Assembly (NCBI RefSeq): GCF_036321535.1
Contig: NC_087437.1
Coordinates: 4,402,001 to 4,466,000, forward strand
Source: Camelus dromedarius
Taxonomy: Eukaryota
Direction: 5' to 3'
DNA length: 64,000 bases
This document shows positions 51,361 through 64,000 of the stretch, in pieces. The translations under genes were made by a program, and so were the position numbers. The first letter of the stretch is position 1. Every line of letters begins with the position of its first letter. The notes beneath the pieces are model-generated. The model had not been told where the DNA came from. It did no database searches and was given only the letters and a program-made list of their open reading frames with translations.

Positions 51361-54300
51361 TTTTTTAAACATTTCTTATTGATTATTAATCATTTTACAA
51401 TGTTGTGTCAAATTCCAGTGTACAACACAATTTTTCAGTTATACATGAACATACATATATTCATTGTCACATTTTGTTCTCCGTGGGCTGCCATAAGATC
51501 CTGTGTATATTTCCCTGTGCTATACAGTATAATCTTGTTTATCTATTCTACAATTTTGAAATCCCAGTCTATCCCTTCCCACCTATTGCCACCTTGGCAA
51601 CCACAAGTTTGTATTCTACGTCTATGAGTCTATTTCTGTTTTGTATTTATGCTTTGTGGGTGTGTGTGTGTTTTTTTTTTAGATTCCATATATGAGCGAG
51701 CTCATATGGTATTTTACTTTCTCTTTCTGGCTTACTTCACTTAGAATGACATTCTCCAGGAGCATCCATGTTGCTGCAAATGGCGTATGTTGTCGGTTTT
51801 TATGGCTAAGTAGTATTCCATTGTATAAATATATCAGATCTTTATCCAGTCATCCATTGATGGACATTTAGGCTGCTTCCATGTCTTGGCTATTGTAAAT
51901 AGTGCTGCTATGAACATTGGGGTGCAGGTGTCATCCTGAAGTAGGGTCCCTTCTGGATATATGCCCAGGAGCGGGATTCCTGGGTCATACGGTAAGTCTA
52001 TTCCTAGTCTTTGGAGGAAACTCCATACTGTTTTCCACAGTGGCTGCACCAATTGCATTCCCATCAGCAGTGTAGGGGGGTTCCCCTTCCTCCACAGCCT
52101 CTCCAGCATTTGTCATTTGTGGATATTTGAATGATGGCCATTCTGACTGGTGTGAGGTGATACCTCATTGTAGTTTTGATTTGCATTTCTCTCATAATTA
52201 GTGATATTGAGCATTTTTTCATGTGCCTTTTGATCATTTGTATGTCTTCCTTGGAGAATTGCTTGTTTAGGTCTTCTGCCCATTTTTGGATTGGGTTGTT
52301 TGGTTGTTTCTTATTAACTCGTATGAGCTGCTCATATATTCTGGAGATCTACCCTTTGTCGGTTTCATTTGCAAGCATTTTCTCCCATTCCCTAGGTTGT
52401 CTTTTTGTTTTGCTTATGGTTTCCTTTGCTGTGCATAAGCTTGTAAGTTTCATTAGGTCCCATTTGTTTATTCTTGCTTTTATTTCTTCTAGGAGAAAAT
52501 TTTTGAGATGTATGTCAGATAATGTTTTGCCTATATTTTCCTCTAGGAGATTTATTGTTTCTTTTCTTATGTTTAAGTCTTTGATCCACTTTGAGTTGAT
52601 TTTTGTGTATGGTGTGAGGGAGTGTTCTAGCTTCACTGCTCTACATGCTGCTGTCCAGTTTTCCCAGCTCCATTTGCTGAAGAGACTGTCTTTATTCCAT
52701 TGTATATTCTTGCCTCCTTTGTTGAAGATTAGTTGACCAAAAGTTTGTGGGTTCATTTCTGGGCTTTCTATTCTATTCCATTGGTCTAGATATCTGTTTT
52801 TGTACCAATACCATGCTGTCTTGATGACTATAGCTCTCTAGTATTGTCTGAACTCTGGGAGAGTTATTCCTCCAGCCTCTTTCTTTCTCTTCAGTAATGC
52901 TTTGGCAATTCTAGGTCTTTGATGGTTCCATATAAATTTTATTATGATTTGTCCTAGTTCTGTGAAATATGTCCTGGGTAATTTGATAGGGGTTGCATTA
53001 AATCTGTAGATTTCCTTGGGCAGTGTGACCATTTTAACAATATTGATTCTTCCAATCCAAGAGCATGGGATATCTTTCCATTTTTTAAAGACTTCTTTAA
53101 TTTCTTTCATCAATGGTTTATAGTTTTCTGTGTATAATTCTTTCACCTCCTTGGTTAGATTTATTCCTAGGTATTTTATTACTTTGGGTGCTATTTTAAA
53201 GTGGATTGTTTCTTTATTTTCCTTTTCTGCTGATTCATTGTTAGTGTAAAGAAATGCAACTGATTTTTGAACGTTAATCTTGTAACCTACTACCTTGCTG
53301 AATTCTTCTATCAGCTCTAGTAGTTTTTGTGTGGACCTTTTAGGGTTTTCTATATATAGTAACATGTCATCGGCATATAGTGACACTTTTACCTCTCCTT
53401 TTCCAATTTGGATCCCTTTTAGTTCTCTCTCTTGCCTGATTGCTGTGGCTAGGACTTTCAGGACTATGTTGAATAGGAGTGGTGATAGTGGGCATCCTTG
53501 TCTTGTCCAAGATTTTGGTGGGAAGCTTTTGAGTCTTTCAACATTGAGTACTATGCTGGCTGTAGGTTTGTCATATATAGCTTATATGATGTTGAGATAT
53601 GTTCCCTCTATACCCACTTTGGTGAGAGTTTTTATCATAAATGGGTGCTGAATTTTATCAAATGCTTTTTCTGCATCTATTGAGATGATCATGTGGTTTT
53701 TGTCCTTTCTCTTGTTGATGTGATGTATTACATTCATTGATTTGCATATGCTGAACCACCCTTGTGTCCCTGGGATGAACCCCACTTGGTCATGATGTAT
53801 AATCTTTTTTATGAGTTGCTGGATTCTATTTGCTAATATTTTGGTGAGGATTTTGGCGTCTAAGTTCATCAGTGATATTGGCCTGTAATTCTCTTTTTTG
53901 GTAGTGTCTTTGCCTGGTTTTGGTATCAGGGTGATGGTGGCCTCATAGAATGAGTTTGGGAGTATTCCCTCCTTTTCAATCATCTGGGAGAGTTTAAGAA
54001 GGACTGGTATGAGTTCTTCTTTGTATGTTTGGTAGAATTCCCTGGTGAAGCCGTCCGGTCCTGGACTTTTATTTGTAGGGAGGTTTTTAATTGCTATTTT
54101 GATTTCATTTCTAGTGATCGGTTTGTTCAAGTGGTCAGTTTCTTCTTGATTCAGTCTTGGTGGACAGTATGTTTCCAGAAACTTGTCCATCTCCTCTAGG
54201 TTATCCAGTTTGGTTCCGTATAGTTTTTCATAGTAATCTCATATGATATTCTGTATTTCTATTTTTTGTTGTAATTTCTCCATTTTCCTTTCTTATTTTG

Positions 54301-57300
54301 GTTATTTGTGCTCTATCTTTTTTGTTCTTTGTGAGTTTTGCCAGAGGTTTGTCGATTTTATTTACTTTTTCAAAAAAACTAGCTTTTGGTTTGATTGATT
54401 TTTCTACGGTTTTTTTAAATCTCTATTTTATTTATTTCCTCCCTAATCTTTATAATTTCCTGCCTTCTGCTGCCTTTTGGGGCTTTTTGTTCTTCTTTTT
54501 CTAGTTCTCTCAGCTGGTGGGTTAGATTGTTTATTTGAGATTGTTCTTCTTTTTTGAGGAAGGCCTGTATCGCTATAAACTTCCCTCTTAGCACTGCCTT
54601 TGCTGTGTCCCATAGGTTTTGTGTGGTTGTGCTTTCATTTTCATTTGTCTCAAGGTACTTTTTAATTTCAGCTTTGATTTCCTCATTGACCCATTGGTTT
54701 TTTTAATAGCATATTGTTTAATCTCCATGCTTTCCTTTTTTGTCTCCTTTGTTTCTCTGTTGTTGATTTATAGTTTCATGGCATTGTGGTCAGTAAAGAT
54801 GCTTGAGATAATTTCTATCTTCTTAAAATTGTTGAGGTTTCTTTTGTGCCCAAGGACATGATCAATCCTAGAAAATGTTCCTTGTGCATTTGAAAAGAAT
54901 GTATATCCTATTTTGGGGGGTGTAATGCTCTGAAGATATCCACCAAATCTAATTTTTCTATTGTATTATTTAATTTCTCTGTTGCCTGATTTATTTTCTG
55001 TGTGGAAGATCTGTCTAGTGATGTTAATGCGGTGTTAAAATCTCCAGCTATGTTGTATTCCCATCAATATCCCCCTTTATCTCTGTTAGTAATTGTTTCA
55101 TGTACTTAGGTGCTCCTATATTGGGTGCATATATATTAACGAGTGTAATATCCTCATCTTGTATCACTCCTTTAATCATTATAAAATGTCCTTCTTTATC
55201 TTTCTTTATGGCCTTTGTTTTAAAGTCTGTTTTGTCTGAAATCAGTACTGCTACACCTGCTGTTTTGGCTTTTCCATTTGCTTGGAATATCCTTTTCCAT
55301 CCTTTCACTCTCAATCTGTATGTGTCCTTCTCCCTAAAGTGGGTCTCTTGTATGCAGCATACTGAAGGTTCTTGCTTTATTATCCAGTCTGCCACTCTGT
55401 GTCTTTTGACTGGAGCATTTAGTCCATTAACATTTACAGTAATTAATGATAGATGTGTGTTTATTGCCATTTTGAACTTATCTTTGCAGTTGATTTGGTA
55501 TTTCCTCTTTGTCCCTTTCTTCTTCCTTTTGTGGTTTGGTAATTTTCCTTTGTGTTATCATGGATTTTATTTAATTTTTGTGACTCCCTTGTGAGTTTTC
55601 GGCTTGTGGTTACCCTTTTTCGTAAATCTAGTAGACCATTACTATAACTGTTTTTATTAAACTGATAGTAACATGATCTCAAACCCATCCTACTGAGAAC
55701 AAAAAAATTTAAAAAGAAAGAAAAAAATTATATATTTCCCTGCCTCCCTCTCCCACTCTCAATGATTTGTATGTCTTCTTTTATAATTTCATGTTTATTT
55801 TATTTGTAATTCATGAGTTATCACCTTTCCAGTTGTGAGTTTATTTCTGTAGCATCCTGCTGCTTTTCTAATTAGAGTAAATGTTTCAGTATTTCTTTTA
55901 GCATGGGTTTAGTGTTGCTAAATTCTTGTAGTTTTTTCTTGTCTGTGAAATTCTTTATGTCTCCTTCTATCCTAAAGGATAGCCTTGCTGGATAGAGTAT
56001 CCTAGGCTGCATCTTTTTTTCATTCAGGACTTTGAATATATCTTGCCACTCCCTTCTGACCTGTAGTATTTGTGTAGAGAAATCAGCTGAGAGCCTTATG
56101 GGGGTTCCCTTGTAACCCACTCTGTTTTTCTCTTGCTGCCTTTAGGATCATTTCTTTATCCTTGACTCTGGCCATCTTGGTTATGATATGTCTTTGTGTG
56201 AGTCTTTTTGGATTCTTCCCGTTTGAGACCCTCTGAGCTTCCTGTTCTTGGATATCTGATTCCTTCTTTAAGTTTGGGAAGTTTTCAGTCATGATTTCTT
56301 CCAATACCTTTTCAATCCCCTTTGATCTTTCTTCCTCTTCTGGGACCCCTATTATGTGAAGATTGGCATGCTTTATATTATCCCATAGGTCCCTTATGCT
56401 ATTTTCATTTGTTTTTATATGTTTATCTCATAGCTGTTCTGACTGGGTGCTTTCTGTTGTCCTGTCTTCTAGGTCACTAATTCGTTCCTCTGCATTATCT
56501 AGTCAGCTTTGCACAGCCTTTGGATCAGTTCTCATCTCAGCCAATGAGTTTACACATTCTACTTGGCTCTTCTTTATAGCTTCCATTTCATTTTTGACAT
56601 ATTTTATATCTCTAAACACTATCTCTTTTAGTTCCTTCGGTACTTTGATCACTGCTTTTTTGAAATCTTGATCTAGCAGGCTATCGATGTCTGTTTCATT
56701 GATCATTCTTTCAGGGGATTTCTCTTGTTCTTTTAATTAGGGATGGTTTTTCTGCTTCTTCATCTTGCTGATACCTCTCTGGCACTGTGGTTTATGGAGT
56801 ATCAGTTTTCTATTGTGGTCCTTATGGAGTTTATTTATTCATCTATCTAATGCCTATGTAGGAATAACACTTAAAAAAAGAGAGAGAGAGAGAATTTTAA
56901 AAGAAGGGAGAAAAGAAGGTTTGAAAACAGTGTATAATGAATAATAGAAAAGCAAGTTGAAGCAGAATAGCAATCAGGTTGAGATGTCTTTTAAAAACCT
57001 TTAAAAAAGGAGAAAAGAGGGAAAAATGTATTTGAAACCTGTGTATAGTTAATAACAGGATATCAAAACCAAGAGAAATAAAAATGAAATGAAGTGGATT
57101 TATAAAAATTTTAATAATAAATATATTTTTTAAGTATTTTAAAGGGATTAAAACTGGGAGTATATATAATTGTTTAAGAAATAAAAATTAAAAGGGTAAT
57201 AGAAAATAGAACAGGTAAAAACAGATTTTTTAAAAGGGGGGGGGGGTTGTTCTCCTGGAGACTGTGTGCTCTTAATGTGAAGTCTTTCTGTCTTCACCGT

Positions 57301-58477
57301 GTTTTGGAAGCTCAGCTTGCTGTTTCCAGAGGCCCTCCATTGGCGCCCTCATCTGTGCTTCTCCCAGTGCCTGTCAGCAAGCAGATCGCACCCCCTCCCA
57401 ACACTGGGTCAGGTGCAGCTCTCCTTTGCTATGGGGGGCGGGTCACTGCCCCTCCCAATGCCGCAGTCAGATGTTGCAGACTGGCCAGGTAGGAGGGCAG
57501 GTCACGCCCCCTCCCAGCACCATGGTCAGGGGCTGCGTTCCTGCCGGAAAGGCGTGGAGGGGGGCCACCTGCCCCGTCACGGCACTGTTCGCTCCACAGG
57601 TCTGTGCTGCTGCACACTCCATAGGCGGGCTGGGGGAAGACTGAGAAACAGCCCCGTCCCTGCTCTCCGGGCCAAAACCCATCTCCTTGTTTGTCTTGGC
57701 GGAGCAAGTTCTCTGGGGATCAGGATGGAAGGATCCTATCTGCCTCGGGCTGTAGAGGCTGCTAAGTCTTTAGGTGCGGATGCAGGTTTCGCCCCCGCAC
57801 CCGCCTGGGTGCTCAGCGCCGGAGGTTATGGCGGCTGAGGCTGTGCCTGAGCCCCGCCTCTCCTCACCCGAAAACTTTCCGTGGGTTTTCAGAGATAGGG
57901 GTATGCACCCTTCCCCTCAGGGCACATCAGCCGTGCTGTTTTATGGAGGGCCCAGGTTGTTCTGCCCTATGCACCCACAGCCACAGCACACAGCCCCCTA
58001 CAGTCCCCCAGGGCTGCCTCAGTGCAGCTGTCCCTGTCCTCTGCCCGGCTTGGGCAGCCTGGCCCTGCCCCCAGCTGCCAGCCTGCATCTCGGGCTGGCT
58101 GTCGTGGTGACCCTCTGTGCCCGTTTAACTTAGTTCTGTTGGTCAAGGGCTGATCTGTACAGATCTGAGCCTTGGAGGCTCCCCCTCCATCCCGCTGGCC
58201 TCTTGGTTGAAGAGGGGAGACCCAGTGAATGAGTGCCAGTCTTCCTTTGCCTCCCCCTCCCTGCAGGACCCGCCCCGCACTGTTTTGCCTTTTCTTCTTT
58301 CTTTTTTCCTTTTCTCCTACCAGATTTTTGGCATCTCTGTCTTTTGAAGAGGACGATGTTCTATCGGAGTTCCGCAGGTGCTCTGGTTGGCTGAGTGGGT
58401 CTGTGGATGTGAGTCTTGGTGTATTTGTGGGAGAGGGTGAGCTGCGAGCGTCCTTCTACTCCACTATCTTGGCCTCT
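51361..58477 (-). mobile_element. Full-length (~7.1 kb) inactivated L1
   Basis: GC-rich 5' UTR ~57240-58477, ORF1 ATG at 56763 to 55872 (disrupted), ~400-nt inter-ORF region, ORF2 from 55470 (endonuclease MAINTHLSLITVNVNGLN; RT motif YADD in 52838..53386) broken into several ORFs, 3' UTR and poly(A). Confidence 0.97.
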
Positions 58478-58569
58478 TATCTCCACAACTTTTTAAAAGA
58501 CAGAGGCTTTGAGGATACAATGGACTGCTGAGAAGGGTGAATTTATCTGGTAGACCTGAACCCAGAGTA

Positions 58570-58880
58570 GAAGGAGTAAAGGGAACAACCATGGCAATGT
58601 GAAACAGCTGCCTGCCTGGGCTAGTAACCACCCTCCCTATGGGAAACTTCCACTCCACTCTCAGCTCCGGTGAAAGCTGGACCACAGAACACAGTCGTCA
58701 CATGATTATTGGCCAAGGAATCAGCATGTGACCCAAGCCTGGCCAATCAAAATCCTTTCTTGGGATTTTTTTTCCTAACATCTCTGGTTATGAATTTTGA
58801 AAGGTATAATGCTCAAGTTGCCTGTTGCCATGGTTTCATCTTTGAGAGGCAGTTAGCCCCCAAAACATGGAGGAAAGCAG
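58570..58880 (+). mobile_element. MaLR (MLT1-like) relic
   Basis: catgtgacccaagcctggccaatca motif. Confidence 0.55.
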
Positions 58881-61685
58881 AGAGGAAATCCTGAGGACAT
58901 TCAAGGATCCACTTTTTCCACTTTTTCTTTTTTCTTTTTCCTTCCTTCTTTCCTTCCTTCATTACCTTTCCTCCTTCTCTCCCTCCTTTCCTTCTTTCTT
59001 TTTTGTGAAAGTCAGTGCATTACTTTATTTGCTCATGCTAGCTCAATTTTGAATTTGGTCATTTGTAACTCAGAATCATCACTATGACTTTCACATAGAC
59101 CACACCCCCACTTAAAACTTTTTCCAGGGTCCTATGTTATTCTTTCTTACCTGAGCTTTATTCCATCTCTGCAGAAGCAAGCCTGCACTTCTTTTTGTCA
59201 GACAATGAACACCATATAATTCCACATTTTTTCCTAGTCTATTAGTTTCCAGGAATCCAGAGCCAGATACAACAACCATCTGCAGCAAATGTTTCTACAT
59301 TCACAGAATTTAGGCCTGGAAAGGATCTTACTAGGTCATCTAGTCAAACCTCCTTATTTTGCAGAGAAAACCTGAGATCCAAAAAGCTGATATGATTTGC
59401 CCAAGGGACACATAAGCAATTAATAGACATTTTCTTGGGTAACAGATTACATCTACTCACTCTACTTTGATTATACTCTCTGATCTTTTAGTTGAAAATC
59501 GCCCCAAATAAGAGTATCTCCATTTTCACTTTCACTGATGGGAGGGCAGATGGCAGAAGATAAGGGATGATCCCAGGAAAGCAGACAGGGAAAGAGTTCA
59601 TTCCAGAGATAATGGAATTTAACCAAGGAATTAACACTATTCAGATCCTACAAAAACCTGGAAGTTTACATAAAAGATGAGTTTTACAGTGATTTCAGGA
59701 AGGGAAGGGATTATCAAGGAACCAGGAAGAGGGAGTTTCAAGTTGGCAAAAGTATTTTTAGACTTGATGCTATGTTCAGGAATTCCTAAAACAATATGGT
59801 GCTCTAAAAACTTAAAGACATTTACTCATGCTTAACAGAATGAATTCAGCAATGCTAGTCACAAATTTGTAACTTAGTGTATTGAATCAGAACTGTGTAA
59901 AAAGCAGGTGGCTGCAGAACCTCAGACGTAAAGAACCCCTCACACACCTTTCATGGATGAGAAATAGTGAGGAGGGAAATGATGCAATAAATGTAATCTG
60001 TGATTCAGAGTATCCTTGTGGGGTCTTTGGAAGGTAAGATGCTAGAAGCAGTGAAGATGGATCACTGTTAACTCCATGAGGCAATGAGACTCCATCAAAA
60101 GAACATATGCTTATTAATGGACAGACTGGCTTCCATTGGTAACATCAGCCTCGACTTCCTCTCAATCTCCTCTTGATCGGCAAGCTGGAAGCGATGCTTA
60201 GGACCACAGTGTTGCTCTCCACCCCCATCCCCTGTACACTGACATAAAGGCCTTCCTCATTTGGGGCCAGAGAGGATGGCACCAAGGATTTTAAAACTAT
60301 CCCCTCCATTAGCTCCCCTCCACAAACTGGATCCCTGCAGAGACAAAGAACCCCATCATCACCACCAGATGCTAGCTAAGCATCCATGTGAGAGGGGTAC
60401 TCCACTGGCCTCTTGGAATCCAAGACTAATCCCAAAAGCTGTACTCCTTAGAGAGATGAGATTTCTGCTCCCATGACAAAGAGGAGACAAGAAGGGATTA
60501 AGAAACCAAACATAAACAAAAAAATACCTAGCCTTTGTACAGTCAAACCTGGGGCTTTTTGGTCATTCCTAGGATATCATCATTTTCAAACCTGTACCCA
60601 GAATGCTCACTAATTCTGTCACACAACCTCATTCAGTTTCAGAGAAACAGGTCCAAATCCACCATGGGAGAAAGAGGATTTCCTTTGTGTCTTTACCTGC
60701 CAAAGTCACATGTTTAATGTCTGCTTGGCTAGAACTTGTGCCAGGGAAAATAACACTCCTGGCCTCCAAAAAAATTGCTCAATTTTCATATAGTGACTAG
60801 TTAATTACAACAAGATCAAGAGGTCATAGTCAAGGAATCAGTGATCCCAAGGCTGGCCACAAATTCAACCTCCAGAGACAAACACAGTTTACAGTTTAAA
60901 GTGATAGACACTGTACTCTGTAATAAATAGTCTAACAAATGAAGTCCCTTGTAACACAGACTAATGGTCTCTAAGTTACCAGTCAGTGGTCCTTCCAAGG
61001 TTTATTTATATTAAGTAAACTTTTGACTATTACAGGAAACTCTGCCTTTGGAGAAACCTGACTTAGCCAGAAAATCAACTTTCTGCAGACAGGATACAGT
61101 TTAAAAATTACTTTAACCCCAGTTTCTTTGCAACTGCTGTGTAAGTATTTTCTAATCTTCCTAATCCATGTAAAGCAGTGCTTTGTCGTCTCAAGAAGCA
61201 CGTGTATGGACAACTTACTATTGAACTTAATTTTGATCAAGGCTGACTCAAAAATATTAATTCCTGCACCAGCCAGTATCTCTCCTGCTGTGATTATTTG
61301 TCAAAACAGTCACAGTCCATCCAGATTCAGAGGGAGGGGACATCTCCCCCACCTCTCAAGCAGAGATGTGTCAAAGAATATGCAGATGTATTGTAAAACT
61401 TCCACGAAGAAGGTGTCTATCTGGCAGTGTTCAAAAATGGTCAACCTGATCCCTATACTCTGCTGGTGGGAAGGTAAGTTGGCATCAGCCTCATAGAAAC
61501 CTGTTTGGAAATATTTATCAAAATTATAAATGCATGCACTCTTAGAGCACTCGCACTTCTGAGAATTTACCTTACGGTGTTGTCAACTCAAATCACAAGT
61601 CATCTTTAATATTTCAGGAGTGTTAAAAACAGATCATTTCCACTAAAAAAAAAAATGGGGCATTTTCCTCAATTTAAGAAAACCA

Positions 61686-64000
61686 GACGACAATAGATAA
61701 CTGACACTCCATAAACCACAGTGCCAGAGAGGTATGAGCAAGATGAAGAAGCAGAGAAACCATCCCCAATTAAAACAAAAGAGAAATCCCTTGAAAGAAC
61801 GATCAAAGAAATAGACATTGATAGCCTACTAGATCAAGATTTCAAAAAAGAAGTGATCAAAGTGCTGAAGGAACAAAAAGAGATAGTGTTTAGAGATATA
61901 AAATATGTCAAACATGAAATGGAAGCTATAAAGAAGAACCAAGTAGAATTGGTAAACTCATTGGCTGAGATGAGAACTGATCTAAAGGCTGTGTAAAGCA
62001 GACTAGATAATGCAGAGGAACGAATTAGTGACCTAGAAGACAGGACAATAGAAAGCACCCAATCAGAAGAGCTACAAGATAAACAAATTAAAAACAAATG
62101 AAAATAGCAAAGATAAAAGCAAAGAATAAGTTACAAGGGAACCCCCATAAGGCTCTCAGCTGATTTCTCTACACAAATACTACAGGTCAGAAGGGAGTGG
62201 CAAGATATATTCAAAGTCCTGAATGAAAAAAAGATGCAGCCTAGGATACTCTATCCAGCAAGGCTATCCTTTAGGATAGAAGGAGACATAAAGAATTTCA
62301 CAGACAAGAAAAAACTACAAGAATTTAGCAACACTAAACCCATGCTAAAAGAAATACTGAAACATTTACTCTAATTAGAAAAGCAGCAGGATGCTACAGA
62401 AATAAACTCACAACTGGAAAGGTGATAACTCATGAATTACAAATAAAATAAACATGAAATTATAAAAGAAGACATACAAATCATTGAGAGTGGGAGAGGG
62501 AGGCAGGGAAATATATAATTTTTTTCTTTCTTTTTAAATTTTTTTGTTCTCAGTAGGATGGGTTTGAGATCATGTTACTATCAGTTTAATAAAAACAGTT
62601 ATAGTAATGGTCTACTAGATTTACGAAAAAGGGTAACCACAAGCCGAAAACTCACAAGGGAGTCACAAAAATTAAATAAAATCCATGATAACACAAAGGA
62701 AAATTACCAAACCACAAAAGGAAGAAGAAAGGGACAAAGAGGAAATACCAAATCAACTGCAAAGATAAGTTCAAAATGGCAATAAACACACATCTATCAT
62801 TAATTACTGTAAATGTTAATGGACTAAATGCTCCAGTCAAAAGACACAGAGTGGCAGACTGGATAATAAAGCAAGAACCTTCAGTATGCTGCATACAAGA
62901 GACCCACTTTAGGGAGAAGGACACATACAGATTGAGAGTGAAAGGATGGAAAAGGATATTCCAAGCAAATGGAAAAGCCAAAACAGCAGGTGTAGCAGTA
63001 CTGATTTCAGACAAAACAGACTTTAAAACAAAGGCCATAAAGAAAGATAAAGAAGGACATTTTATAATGATTAAAGGAGTGATACAAGATGAGGATATTA
63101 CACTCGTTAATATATATGCACCCAATATAGGAGCACCTAAGTACATGAAACAATTACTAACAGAGATAAAGGGGGATATTGATGGGAATACAACATAGCT
63201 GGAGATTTTAACACCGCATTAACATCACTAGACAGATCTTCCACACAGAAAATAAATCAGGCAACAGAGAAATTAAATAATACAATAGAAAAATTAGATT
63301 TGGTGGATATCTTCAGAGCATTACACCCCCCAAAATAGGATATACATTCTTTTCAAATGCACAAGGAACATTTTCTAGGATTGATCATGTCCTTGGGCAC
63401 AAAAGAAACCTCAACAATTTTAAGAAGATAGAAATTATCTCAAGCATCTTTACTGACCACAATGCCATGAAACTATAAATCAACAACAGAGAAACAAAGG
63501 AGACAAAAAAGGAAAGCATGGAGATTAAACAATATGCTATTAAAAAAACCAATGGGTCAATGAGGAAATCAAAGCTGAAATTAAAAAGTACCTTGAGACA
63601 AATGAAAATGAAAGCACAACCACACAAAACCTATGGGACACAGCAAAGGCAGTGCTAAGAGGGAAGTTTATAGCGATACAGGCCTTCCTCAAAAAAGAAG
63701 AACAATCTCAAATAAACAATCTAACCCACCAGCTGAGAGAACTAGAAAAAGAAGAACAAAAAGCCCCAAAAGGCAGCAGAAGGCAGGAAATTATAAAGAT
63801 TAGGGAGGAAATAAATAAAATAGAGATTTAAAAAAACCGTAGAAAAATCAATCAAACCAAAAGCTAGTTTTTTTGAAAAAGTAAATAAAATCGACAAACC
63901 TCTGGCAAAACTCACAAAGAACAAAAAAGATAGAGCACAAATAACCAAAATAAGAAAGGAAAATGGAGAAATTACAACAAAAAATAGAAATACAGAATAT
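61686..64000 (+). mobile_element. 5'-truncated L1 (ORF1 with internal deletion, inter-ORF, ORF2 endonuclease), running off the window
   Basis: ORF1 peptide 61721..61996 and ORF2 N-terminus 62776..63198. Inverted relative to the L1 at 51.4-58.5 kb. Confidence 0.95.

Noticed and set aside
51361..58477. Potentially active full-length L1
   Set aside because: ORF1 and ORF2 are both broken by stops and frameshifts.
57247..58531. GC-rich ORFs and CpG-island-like region
   Set aside because: This is the L1 5' UTR; it matches 18.7-19.7 kb in reverse complement. It is not a host gene promoter.
59150..59235. Exon-like segment on the minus strand (ctag| ... CAG|GTAAG)
   Set aside because: Splice-like motifs only, with no partner exon, coding signal or transcript evidence.

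Overview
Mammalian genomic DNA, probably camelid: it carries several tRNA-derived SINEs resembling the camelid vic-1 family and a young L1 family. Positions ~4.6-36 kb hold the 5' part of a collagen VI alpha-4 chain gene (COL6A4) on the minus strand. I traced 12 coding exons with GT-AG boundaries and compatible phases: a signal peptide, six single-exon VWA domains, a split seventh VWA-like domain and the first Gly-X-Y exons. Together they give 4308 nt (1436 codons) with no stop or frameshift. The gene presumably continues past position 1. The rest is intronic or intergenic and rich in L1, SINE, LTR, MIR, L2 and DNA-transposon relics. I see no new gene system. The most unusual structures are (i) two inverted L1s that appear identical over at least 1.87 kb but differ next to that tract, (ii) a 2.4-kb L1 with three internal deletions that keeps both ends, (iii) an ORF1 frameshift shared by two separate L1 copies, and (iv) one target site reused by a SINE and then an L1. 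Repeat family names come from recalled consensus motifs, not from a database search.
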